64,000 nt of DNA from Cystobasidiomycetes sp. EMM_F5 (lineage: Eukaryota), in NCBI GenBank assembly GCA_051047955.1, contig JBPGPT010000020.1, positions 62,001-126,000 of the forward strand, read 5' to 3'. The notes under the pieces are model-generated. The model was not told the DNA's origin and ran no database searches. It saw only the letters and a list, made by a program, of their open reading frames with translations. Position numbers and translations under genes: made by a program. This document shows, in pieces, positions 1 to 13,500 of this stretch. The first letter of the stretch is position 1, and each line of letters starts with the position of its first letter.

Positions 1-329
1 AACGAGAAAAGTCGTCTGTGACGGTCTAAAGATCTGTTATATTCAAATGCTCGAGAGGCAGGTACTCTCACCCATCAGTCATGCTGGCAAAGATCTTGTG
101 AGATGCGTTGTTGCAATGCTCTGCCACATATCATTGTCTTCTTGCTAGGCTCGGCTTTCATTTTATGCCATGAGTAGTCCGTTGACGGTAAGGCTAGGCT
201 CGACGGCAATCTAGAACATTTAGTTTGCGTAACAACAGGATTGAAGTGATTGCTGCGATTGACTAGCATTACTATATGGCTTTGGCGGCTACGTGCGAAG
301 CATGTGAAGCTCCTGCTGCACGAGCGCAA

Positions 330-1549
330 TCATGCGATTTCTACGACACGTGGACCGTCAAAGCGTACCATCGCTTTGTCCCCAGCCTCAGAAGGCCACC
401 CAATTGCCTTGCGTCCGTTGAGTCCGTTGTTCCCGTACGCCGTTGTTAAAAGAACACCAGGATGTCCGCCGCCAATGGTTCGCAGGGATGCCTCGGACGA
501 TTTAGACGAGGCGGAACTGGTGAGAGAGGGGGTTTGAGAAGACACATTTGACGAGGAAGACGAATATGCTTTTGATACCACGCTTGCTGGTGTGCTCCTT
601 TTCTTGATTCCGGAATTGGACCTCAGCACGAGTGCCTTAGACATTGGTTCGGGTCCCGGGTACCATGGCATCTGATGAATGACACCCAAGCCCCCAGACA
701 CGGCGTCAGCATGACACACTACCTTCTTGGCCGGATCCGGAGCTCCCATAATGCGAAGCGGTTTTCGGCGCACAGTGCTGCTATGGTCGCTGCGAGCTGT
801 CACTGTCGAGGCAGCTACCGGCATGCCGCTTACGGCTAGAGGCTTTCTATGATGTAGATTGTATGGCGCCGGCACATTGCTTGGCATGTGCATCAGCTCT
901 CCACCCTGAGTGTCCAAATTTTCGAACCCCTTGCGAACGCCTTGAGGCATATGCCTGTATCGATGTTCGACATGAATCTGGCTTACACTGTCATTCCAGC
1001 CAGGCTCGTCCTGCGGTCGAGGCACAGTGTCAGCATCGGACGAGCGCTTGGAAGACCGCGCGCTTCATTATGACATACATCGTCTTCCTCACGTAGCGAA
1101 TCATCCATGGGGAGTATAGGAGCCTCTTGATTCGCCAAAGCCCGAGCTTGTACTTTTGCGGCCTTATGCTTTTTAGCTTCTCTCGCTTCACTGCGTCTCG
1201 CTTCAAGCTGTTTGCCCGCCACGTATTTTTCGTGTTCAGCTTGGCGAGCCGCCTCCATCTTGGCATGTGTTTTTCGTGCTTCTAGTCTTTGTGCTTCGAG
1301 ATCGAAAGGATTCACATGGTTCTCGCTATGCGACCTCTCTCGGTATTTCTGATTCGTCGGAGAGCTGTTTGCTGTTGCGGAAGGCCTGCGTATATCAGGT
1401 GAAGACCGCGCACGCTTACGTTGATGGCCACGTTGTGCGTGGTGCGCTCCATAAGCAGTGTTGCCGTAGCTGCCTGTCCCTCCCCCTCCTTCATACCGAC
1501 GAGAGCTGCTTATACCTAGCCATCCAAAGATTGAATTCAAGATTGACAT
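330..1549 (-). CDS. Orphan protein, paralog A (~383 aa, 2 exons: 1549-1079, 1010-330)
   Basis: ORFs 983..1549 and 330..1025 join in frame through a 68-nt phase-0 intron at 1078-1011 (GTATGT...GCTGAC...CAG), giving EEDD|DEPGWNDSVSQ. Clear similarity to the gene at 3124-4294. Confidence 0.8.
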
Positions 1550-2086
1550 AGTGTGTGTTTTGGTATGGACCAGCCGCCAGGGATTGTGTAGACGTCAGCT
1601 AAAGAGTCGAGGTAAGCTGGAAGCTCGGAGTATAGAAGCGAGCGAGGATGCAAACAGCAACTGATACGCATGCTGCCCGTATGGATGCATCGCCTAACGG
1701 CATTGCCTCGATGCCAATGTTGGACGGCATTGGGCCGATATAGGCCCCGATACTGAAGTATACGCTCGTCGCGCAGTCTGTCAAGTCGATCTTCCAATAT
1801 TAGTACGCAATGCGTTTCTGCGCCGTAGTCAGCAGTGCGATGAAAACAAGCAGATGAGGCTTTGATCACGATCGGGTGCAAGTAGTGATGGCTTTGCGGC
1901 TTCGCTGCATGATCAGTATGGAGATGTAAGACTGGTATATTTAACTTGACAAGGCTGAGGATATGAGATGGAGGAGTTGTCGTCTGTAGCGAAATTCTGA
2001 TCAGAAGAGCTGCGCACGCACATGATCACAATGCATTTCGGAGCAGAAGCGCCATGTGCTTTCAACTCTCTTTGGATAATCCCTCA

Positions 2087-2452
2087 TCACGCGGTGTTCC
2101 CATGTCGCGGAACTGTGCGACTGTCAGGACTCTGCCCGCGAGAATGATGGCGAGATATGGGCGAGCTGTAACTAGATGGCGCGACACCACCTCCTGGCCT
2201 AGACTGAGCGTATGCAGGGAGCGGTCGATTGGGCTGCGCAATTGGTCGATGTTCGTACGGCGGCGGTGAACGCGATTGTTGCGTGGACGCCAAGTTCGTG
2301 CTCGTGAAACCTGCAGAAGCGTAATACCTGGGGTCCATGCATGAATCGTGTTGATTTTGGGATTTCATTACGCGCCGTTTCTGCGTGGGCTTTGCAAAGT
2401 ATTGATATTGTGCTCTTCTGAAGAATCTGTCGAGGAATGCGTCGAGACCCAT
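2087..2452 (-). CDS. Small orphan protein (~121 aa, MGLDAFLDRFFRR...), Pro/Ser-rich with a PPPY motif
   Basis: ATG at 2452 inside ORF 2087..2608. The composition is protein-like (disordered, SPPPY, LPAY), but I recognise no homolog. Confidence 0.4.
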   Translation of the reverse strand: MGLDAFLDRFFRRAQYQYFAKPTQKRRVMKSQNQHDSCMDPRYYASAGFTSTNLASTQQSRSPPPYEHRPIAQPNRPLPAYAQSRPGGGVAPSSYSSPISRHHSRGQSPDSRTVPRHGNTA

Positions 2453-3123
2453 ACTGTCGCAATGCGCGTGCGACCTATACTCGCGATGTACTGCGGGGTT
2501 CTCCGAGAGGAATCTGAAGCAATATTTTAGAAAGAAAAGCGCCATATTTGAGCTTCCCAAGTATTCATATGCCGCCTTACATCGCCAGCTGCACAGCCGT
2601 TCTGGCACCTATCCGACGCGATGCATTGTATTGATGGGAAGCGCTTGAGAGCTGCTGAAGGGTAACATCAACAGCCTTAGTGCGAGGGCGATGCGGTACT
2701 GAGTACAAGGCTAGACGCCAGTGCAGAGCAAGAACGATGGAAGTTCGCGATGTGCTGATGGGCTGGAGGCACGACGGTCTCTATAGCTGATTGTCAGAAT
2801 GGTGGAACCGAGAGTTGCGTATTGCGCGAGCGATAACGACTGTGTTTGCGCAAAACAGCATGCGAACTGCTGCAATGGTGAGGGGATCGCGGGTTTGCCC
2901 TGCTTGGGGTCCGCTGTCCCAGACCATAGAGGGCAGACCGGAAGTGTATATAGAGAGATCGTGTCGCTGAAGCACCGCACTGACCCAGACCTGACGGTCT
3001 ACGCCACAAGCTGGCCAGCAGACATGACAGATGGCTGGCCGAAGTACTGTGTAGTATAAGAAAGCAAAGTCAAGCAAGAGGACGTAATGCAAGCAAAGTT
3101 GTGCTGACAACGCTCATGCCTGC

Positions 3124-4294
3124 TTATTGGACTTCGACGATACGTGAACCACCAAAAGGTGCCATCGCTTTGTTCCCCAGGCCAGGCTGCCACACTAAGG
3201 CTTTACCTCCGCCCGGTCCGCGTGTAACGTAAGGCATTCGGCTGCCTGCGGTTTGTACAGATGCTTTAGACGATACAGAGGATGCGGAATTGATTAGGAA
3301 CGGCGGCTGAGAAGAAAAGGTTGACGATGAAGCCGAAGGCTTAGAAGCGGCAGATTGATTTGGATGCCAAGGTAATTGATGAACGACGCGCGAGCTAGTT
3401 GTAGCTGACAATCCTGCGTTAGGTTGCTTAACCGACTTTTTGATCAGAGGTGCCATCAGACGAAGCGGCTGATTATGTGTGCCGGCGGAATGCGAGGTGT
3501 GCCCCGACATTATCGATCGGGCCACCTTTACAGGTTCAATTCTCAAATTGTGCCGCACCTCTTCAACCCGGCCATCCAAGCCCTCAAAGCCTTTGCGGAC
3601 GCCTTGTTCCATGTGCATGTATCGGTGACTACTGCCAACTTGGCTTACGCTATCATCGCAACCAGGTTCGTCCTGAAATCAAAGCATGAAATCAGCTTCG
3701 GACACGACACCTCCTTGCCTCATTAGAGCATACATCGTCTTCGTCACGCGGATCATCTTGCATCGGATGTATTGGAGCTCTTTTGTCTGCTAGATCCCGT
3801 GCACGCACTTGCCCGGCTTTGCGCTCTTCAGCCTCCCTGATCATGAGACGCTTTTTTTCGAGCTCCCGAGCGGCCAAATAGCGATCGTGCTCGAGTTTGC
3901 GAGCCTTTTCCATTTGGGCATGTCGCATTTCTGCTTGAAGACGGGCTTGCTCTTTATAGCGAGAGCGTACAATTCTCTCAGCCTCCGGTAACAGAGCATT
4001 TAGAGCTTGCTTCATCTCAGCGTTGTCCCTCAGTTGCTTATGGAAAACGGCCTCCAGGTGCGTATCGCTAGGGCGTCTCTTTCGTTCACTTCGACTTGTG
4101 GAGTGTCCACTCCTGGTTTCAGAAGGCCTGCGCAGTTCGGGAGCAGAATTTGCGCGGTGCTGTCGTTGATTCTCATTGTTGGAAGCCGATCTCGGAAAGG
4201 CGACGTTACCGTAAACCCGAGATCCGTTTCCTCCGCCGTATTGGCGAGAGCCACTCAGGCCCAACCATCCGAAAATCGAGCTCAAGAAAGGCAT
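3124..4294 (-). CDS. Orphan protein, paralog B (~369 aa, 2 exons: 4294-3734, 3672-3124)
   Basis: ORFs 3692..4294 and 3124..3618 join through a 61-nt phase-0 intron at 3733-3673 (GTATGC...GCTGAT...CAG), at the same codon position as in paralog A (DEDD|DEPGCDDSVSQ). Confidence 0.8.
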
Positions 4295-4878
4295 AGCCTG
4301 GTTATAAGCAGACCAGCCGCTTATACGAAAATGAAATCAAATGATGTGAGGAAGCAGTGCGCTCAGAGGGAGAGGTAACGGCTGTACAGAAAGCGGTTCA
4401 AGACCAAAAGAAGAACGTGTCGTAATCTGTGTAGGAACCGACAGAAAGAATAACGTTTGTTTCACAATCCTTTGAATCGCCGCACTGCACCGCATTATGT
4501 ATAGCCTCGCTGGCTGCAATCCGGTTTTATCTTTATATACGGGAGGCCGTGCGTGTGATGAGGATCCGAAAGCGGGTTTTTATAGTATCGGGTGATGACT
4601 GAACCCCTACTGTGTATCCTGAAAAGGCTCGTTCAGGAATGGCCCCAATGACTGGAAATAGGTCAATATCCAGGTGCGTTGTAGGTAACAGGGTGTGATC
4701 AGCCATTAAACGTATCATGTTTAGAGACCCTTTGTTTGCATTCCATGACTCTGGCAGCTTAAACGAGGCTCAGTCCAGGAAAGAAGGTAGAGCACTCAAT
4801 GTACAGCTTTTGCGTCTACTCCGAATTAGCTCAAGATCAAAGAAATAGACGTCATAGTGTATGTGTATTTCAAATGCA

Positions 4879-6204
<1,326 letters not shown>

Positions 6205-6412
6205 TCCAGCAGGGTGGTTACCGCTGACTCCGCTGATGTGCGAGCTGAGTTGTTCCAAACGTGCAGCCATATTGTTGTACTCAGATTACTCTTGAATGGT
6301 CGAAGCAGCAGAGCATTGACTTTCAAAATATTTTCAGATCCTCTTCGGATACATCGGCGACCTTTGGTGCTCTTTGCGGCACCATCTGATCCATCTGCGA
6401 CCACACTGTACC

Positions 6413-7460
6413 ATGTCCAAGATGCTTCAATATCAGCCTCCACTGATTCCGGACGAGGTGGTCAAGCTGTCGTACCCTGCAGAGCATGTCCTCCACATTG
6501 CCATGGACCGGCCAAAGAGCTACAATGCCATGAACAACGCACTCAACGAGACTCTGGACTGCGTGCTGGATTGGTTTGAGAGGGAGCCGTCGCTATACGT
6601 CGTGATCCTGGGCTCGACAAATAGAAAAGCATGGTGTGCGGGGGCAGATCTGAAAGAACTGGTGGGATTTGGCATTGCAATGGAGCTGCATAGGCTAATA
6701 CATGGTGAATGACTGCCCTCAGCGCACGACAGGCAAGCTGAGATACGGCAGGAATGGGTTTGGCGGAATGAGCACACGCTTTACGCGGTCCGTGCGCGTT
6801 TGAATCGCTAACGAGAACGACGAGCTAACGTATTAACGGCTCGTAGCAAGCCAATCATTGGCGCAATCAATGGTTTTGCAATGGGTGGAGGTAGCGAAAT
6901 GGTGGTCAACCTGGACATTGCCATCGCAGGCAAGAGTGCAACGTTTGGCTTTCCTGAAGTCAAGCGGGGCGTCTCGATATCGGCTGGCGGATTGCCCCGC
7001 TTCGTTCGAATAGTAGGGCACCAGAAGGGTAAGCCTTTCCCAGCTTTGAGCTTTCAACAATCTGACCAAATTATCTGTAGCAATGGAATACGTACTGACC
7101 GGCAGAAACATACCTTCGTCCGAAGCGCTTTCGCTGGGAATGGTCAATAAAGTCGTCCCAGATGACAACGTTGAAGCCAACGCACTGGAAATCGCACTCC
7201 AAATAGCAGCAAACAGTCCAGATTCCATAATGGCAATCATGCACGGTCAGTCAACATCCACATTGACAACCCGAATCTGACGCAGGAATTGCTTTGTAGG
7301 TGTTCGTATTACTGGTCAGACGGGATCAGTAGACGAGGCATTCGCTCTGAATGAGACTTCGCTAGAAATGCGCGCATTGTGGAAGGGTGAGAACCTGCAA
7401 GAAGGCTTGTTGGCTTTCCAGGAGAAGCGTCCGCCGAAGTGGAGGCCGAGCAAGCTATGA
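6413..7460 (+). CDS. Enoyl-CoA hydratase/isomerase (crotonase family) with C-terminal PTS1 (SKL)
   Basis: Motifs MDRPKSYNAM, AWCAGADLKE, KPIIGAINGFAMGGGSE and FGFPEVKRG (both catalytic Glu present). The last exon ends ...EKRPPKWRPSKL-TGA at 7458-7460. Confidence 0.9.
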
Positions 7461-7564
7461 TATGTACATCGAAGAAGCGAAGCGAATGAATGCACAATTT
7501 GTAGCAGGGACAGTGATATAGCGCTGTACGGCTGCGAAGGCGTTGTTGAAGTATCTTGGCGTGT

Positions 7565-10500
7565 CTAACGCTCGTCACGATCGCGGGTGTAATTGCCTCT
7601 ACCGCTAGCACCTCTGCCACGACTCCCACCACCTCTTCCTCCCCAGCCCTGGTCTCTCGTCATCATAGATGCAGGCCCGGACGGTATTCCTGACGAATCA
7701 CGTGCGTAAGCCTACGCTTCTTCAACTGTTTCTACAGTTTTGCTAACTTACCGTCGAATCTGCCTCTTTCAGGACGGCCCGAAGCATTCGATCGACTTTC
7801 CCCTCGGCCTTGTAGAGCTCTCGGTCCTGAGGGTGGTTCGCGTTCATAACGTCCTCTTATCGGTCCAGTAGAAGAAGGCCCATTGTATGAAGCCGGGCGG
7901 CTGGACGATTCCGAAGATCGGCACGCTAACCCGCCAGGACCGCTCGAACCGTAGCCTCCGCTGTACGCGCTATCTCTTCCTCTACCACCCGTATATGAAC
8001 CTGTCCCTCTCCCTCGTCCGCCTCGACTACTGCCTCTCGGCCCAGTAGGCGCGTTACGGGGACCAGACGGAATCGAAGACGGCGACGGAGCTCGAGGCGG
8101 TCGGATTGGCCGCTCGTAATTACCTCGCGGAGTTGCTGCTGGCACGCCATTCATGCTTTCGTAGTGTCGTGGAGGACTTCTTTGCCTGTCGGCTGCCCAG
8201 CTGCCTTGCCAGACGCCTTTTCCGTTCGCAAGATTGACGGATTCGTCCACTGGCATTGATCTTTCCGGTGTAGGCGAACGATGCGCCTTGATATCAGCCT
8301 CGCGCTCTGTTGTAGTTTTTGCCTCCTTGTCATATCCCTCTGCGTCAAGCCGTTGGGAAGCTATAGTGTGCGTTTCGGACAGCTCGGGCGAGTAGTGATG
8401 CCGAGCACTTACGCTTTCCTGGATTGGCTCTACAGACATTGGTCGTGGCTCCATGCTCTCATCCTCAAGCTGGAAGATTTCATTAGCTGACCTTTTCGCT
8501 GCGAAAGAAAGTCACATTCAACTGACCTTGACGAGTGTAGCGGAGATCTCCGAGATGTTTGGCTGTACTTCGGTGTTCACAATTGCGCTAGGGTCGGCGC
8601 TTGCACTCTCGACCTCTCCTGGCTCAAGGTCTGCTACTTCCCCTTCTTCTGCATCGATAGATCCCCCTGCAGGCTCGAGGCCATCCCCAGCCGTTGGCAG
8701 ATAAGAAGATTCAAGTGTAATTTCCTCATGACGGGTGGTCGGTGTAACAAAGTCTTGCAAGTCCAGGAATGGGGAAGGCAACCGCGCAGTGATCTTCTCA
8801 GGTGAAGAGCTTTTTGCGATATCGTACGTAGGCTGATCGGCAGCCGGAACGGCTACGACTGTGATGTTCGCCTCCTCCTGTTGCGGTAGTATCGAATGAC
8901 TCTCCGCGACGACAGACTCTGTTTGGATGTCTGCAATGTGAGGAGAAGACGCATCGACTTTGATCTCCCGAATGTCACTGTCAGCCGCTCCATCGCTTGC
9001 GGGGACCTCTGCTGTCGAAATGACCGACGTCAGGTCGCAAGTGTCGGCAGCAGGTCTTGCAAGGTCTTCCACACCTGCATCGACAAGTACAGCAGAAGGC
9101 GGCCCAGCCGCTGGCGTCAATTGTGCTGGGTTACTCGACGGAGAACCCTTGTTCCGCTGAAGATATGCAGCAAAGGAGAGTCTTGCTCGAGGCGGCGGCG
9201 GCGGTGCAGGAGCCGCCAGTATAGGCGGATTCGTCGTCTTAGTCTCATTCGGCTGGATGGCAGAGGTACCCGCTTCATGATCGTGGTCACCGGCAGGCAC
9301 CGTATGGTCTTCGATCGGTAGACGAGACGGTGTTATCGCTTCCGCTTTCTCCAGCATCGGCGTCCCAACAGGGCTGTCAACGATGCTCATGACAACATCC
9401 TCAAAACTGGAGCGTTTTTCTTCCTGCCTGCCGGTTGGCACGATTGCGGCTTGCGTATCAGCATGCTCAGCAGCTTCACTAATCACGAGCTCAGACAGTA
9501 CAGGTTTTGGTGCCGTAATACGTTGTTTGTATGCCTTGAAGCTGAGTCGCCGAGGAGGAGGAGCAGCTGGCTCGGGCGGAGGCGGTAGTAGTTCGGTCCG
9601 AGGGGAGAGGACAATGTCTGTCGTCGTTTGCACCGCATAAACGTCTGTTTCTAATGTCTTCATAACGGATTCTACGGTGTTTGAAGCTAGTTCCTCCGTG
9701 TCCGGTACGGCGCCAGTAGATGCACCAGACCTGTTAATATCGTCTTGTGCGGCAGCAGCAGCAGCCGTTGCGGGGACTGGTGGAGCAGGCGGAAGTTGCG
9801 CTGAAAACAGATCTTCCAGCAGCGGACCAGGCGAGAGCTGCTGGAGAGGAAGGGAGGACGCTATTGGGTCGAGGGTTTTCGCAGCCGTTGAGTGGCTAGA
9901 CTCCGCATCCTTTCGACCTTCTGCCGCGATGGTCTTAGGCGGTGCAGGTAATGAGTGTTCATTATGACGATCGACAGACGTCACAGGCGTTGCGGAGGCC
10001 TTGTCGTTCCGACTCATGGATGCTTGACGCTGGCTCGTCTCTAGTTGATTGGAGGTTCGCATTGTGGCCATGACTGGGCTTCGCTTTGCCTGCTTTTCAT
10101 TTACGACCTTTCGCTTTGGCGGGCGCACAATCTCCTCATCTTCCGATTCGGAAACGCCCTTCTCTCCATCTGAAGGCAGAGGAACAGTCAGATCAGAATC
10201 AGAGCTATCCCCGTCCGAGAACTCCTGCGCGGAGGGTTTGACATCGCTTGCAACAGAGGCAGAAGGTGGGATGAACAGATTTTTCAGGAAGGAAGGTATG
10301 TTGGACTGCATGTCGAATGTTTCCGCTTGTACCATCTCAGCAGCAGCCGCGCTCTGCGTTGTGGCCTGTAATGGTTGTTTCGCTGGCTGCGTAACAGGTG
10401 CTGCTACGGATTCCGACATCAGAATTGTATAATTCAGTACACATATTTAGAGTTCGTGCTTACGAGAATCTACATCCATGTCGTCACTCCGATTTTGCGT

Positions 10501-13500
10501 GTGAGTCACTTTGACGACCGTTTCGTTGGGTTCATCTTCCTCGCTATCCAGCTCCGGGCTATTGAGCAGAGGCGGCAGAGCTGGGTAAGCTTCGATCGGT
10601 TGCGCTTCCCATCCTCTACAGAGGCCGATAAGCGCGCCAATATCTGCGCGTCTACGCTTCGGTGCACCTTGTTTCTTATCCTTTTTACCTCCAGATTTAC
10701 TCGACCTCGATACCGTGGCAGACAGTGGCCGGTCCTCGGAGCTAAGAGCACTCGCTACCGCTGCTTCCAAGCCATTCAAATCGAAATCCTGCAGTGAGAC
10801 TTTGGTCACGCGGGTTCGGTTGCTGCTTTCCGAAAAGGATCCCAATTTCCACAACCAGCTTATCGCACAGTCTCTCCGCTTCTCGCATGCGCATGTATGT
10901 GTTCCAAGAAAGATCAAGCAGGTCGTAGCTGCCAAGCGGGATAGCCTGTAGAGGTGCTTCCTACAGCGCGCAATGTGTGCTTTTTGAGACAGGCTCAAGA
11001 CGGAGTAGGATGAAGTCGTCGGCACGCCATCAGAGTCTGAGGATGCTGCATTATCTGCATTGTGCCGGAAATGGTCGGGAATCTTTGGAAAGACAAGATC
11101 AGGGGAGAAGAGGAGTGTGTGCAGAGCATGTACGACGTGATCATCCGCCCAGTCAAAAGGCAAAACCAGTTCTTCACGCTTCGATATGTCTTGCAGAGCA
11201 TACAAGCCGAATGCGAGCTCGTACTGTTGACCAGTAGCGAGGTTGACGCCATCTGCATCGGCAGAGGTCGAATCGTCATGCCCATCTTTACGACGAGCAG
11301 CAACACCCATCTCTGCCATCTTGGCACGTTTATTGGCTCGACTATTAGTTGCCGGCTGAACGTTCCGTCCATTCGTCGTCAATGTCTTGCGAATGATGAC
11401 TGGCCGAATATGGACATTCGGATGACAACCCTGTCTGATGAATCTCGTTTCGTCACCCCATCTCCGCTGATCAAGCACCAGATCCCAAGGTTGTGCGATA
11501 CCTCTTGTAAAAGGTTTGAGCATCCCCATCTCGTTCCACTGATTCATCGGCTCATTACGGTACTGCTGACCAGAGACGACTTCACCGTGCATAAAGGACA
11601 GAAATGTTCCCGCGTGATGCGATGTAGTCGCAAAGACACCGTGGTACGTTGGGCGAGGATACGGAAACATCATTCCGGTTACGGCAATGGCACCACTGAA
11701 TGGCATACACGCGGGAGGAGCCAGTGCCAACGCAGCGGATGCAATTGGCTTGACGGCCGGTCGGGATTTAGCGGTCGCTGCCATGCTCGATTCGTTCACC
11801 GTGGCAATGATGACGGGCGGAACTGGTGCGGCAAGCGCGGAAGCTACGCCAGACGAAGAGTAGGCAGGAGTAGATGATCCAGACGAAGGACCAGGAGAAG
11901 TGAGACGGGATCCGTTTGTAGACAAGAAAGGAGGGCGTGAAAGATTGAGCGCAGAAGGGCGTGTAGATGCGTCGTATGAAGGCGTCTTTGCAGGCATCGT
12001 GGGTCGTGCATCCCTGCTGCCATCTGTGGACGCAGCAATCTTGGTTGAGCCAGCTTGTGAGACAGCTTGCGTCTGTACTGCAATATTCTCTGCTTCTTCC
12101 TTTACAAATTTCGCAACGAGCGCATCGATCTGTTTTTCGAGTGCCTTGTTGACGTAGCGCAACTTGTCAATCGGGGTATACTCGTACTGCCACGCCTCGT
12201 ACTTCCACTCCGTCTCGTCTTGGAATTCATCGTCGTCTGAAAGTAGACCATCCCGGACATTCAGAGTCGTCACTGGTTGTCCTTGTCCATTCTCGGCCCT
12301 CGACATCGTGGCGCCGAGCGGGAGAGCCGCAGAAAGCAACGCAGAAGACGTCTCCGGAGTAGCTGTTGTCGATTGGTCTTTGAGACCACCTGATCGACTT
12401 TTTGTCTTGAATGGATCTTTCCCACCACCACCACTACTCGGCAATGTAGGACCATCCACATTTTTCGCGTCTGCAGTGACTGCCGCCAGCGCTAGACTTG
12501 CTGCCGACGTCAATTTTGCAGAGGCAGAAAGAGCCTGGCCTGCAGATTTCCTTCGTCGATTCGCCGCACTGCCCGTCGTGGCAGATCCATTCACGTTTGC
12601 ATCCTTCTGAGAAGACATGGCAGGACCAGGCGTTCCTGGTACCATACGTGCATCATCTTTGGTGAAGGAGGAAGAAGTGACAAAACTTCCTGGTGCTGCT
12701 TTTCGTTTTCGAGAGTTTGTACTGCTACTTAATGAGGTGTGCTGACTGGTGCTTGGAATAGTCCTTTCGGCCAGAGGTGGAATGTCAGGCATTGCAGAAG
12801 GGGAAGCGGATTTATTATGTCTCGATATTCCAATGACGCCACGATGGACGGTGTCGTCGAGAAATGTGCCAGACTTGATGGACGCACCAGCTTGAGTGTA
12901 TTGAGGAGCGCTCGACTGCGTCTGATTGAGGTATTGCTGATATTGCAGGGTGTTTGGATGTTGCTGTAGATGAGGGGGCAGACTCTGGTCGATTCTCGAG
13001 ACTGTAGAGATGACTGGCATCGACGTAGCGTGTTTGGATGTTTCTCTCGTTCGATGAGACATGGGCGGACTTCCATCGGACGTGTTGGCATACGGTATCC
13101 TCTCCAGGCTCTTCTGCGCTGCTATCCCTCTCGCTTGTGCTAGCAGTTCATCCTCCCCATTCCCACCATCTTCGCCTGTCTGCGTGAGAGTGAGTCGGTC
13201 GTAGCCTTCTGGGATATACGGATCGGAAGATTCGATGCCCGTCATCCCACTCGAAGAAGGAGGGAGACCGTACAACTCCCTCTCCCTCCTCAGCCTCGCC
13301 TCCTCCTCCCTTCTCAACAACTGCACCCTCTCCGCACGCACCCTGTCCTCCTTACCGACTCTCACCTTTGGATCGCACATTGGACATATAAACGTCTCTG
13401 GTACGCTCTCTGGCGATATCGATACACACAGTCCGTGCAGCCAGCCATAGCATTCCTCGCATTGGATGGTAAATCCGTCATCGTCGTCGAATGGACATAT

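Noticed and set aside
983..1078. Apparent conserved frameshift between overlapping ORFs in both orphan paralogs (also 3673-3733)
   Set aside because: Fully explained by canonical GT-AG introns with branch sites, so programmed frameshifting is not needed.
4358..4406. tRNA-like fragments (GCTCAGAGGGAGAG and B-box-like GGTTCAAGACC)
   Set aside because: No acceptor, anticodon or T stems can be built, and the spacing is too short.
4553..4625. Two GTGATGA boxes with CTGA, resembling a C/D snoRNA, or a hammerhead-like TGATGAG...GAAA
   Set aside because: No terminal stem or recognisable rRNA guide; the hammerhead core C3 and its stems are missing. An Rfam scan would be needed.
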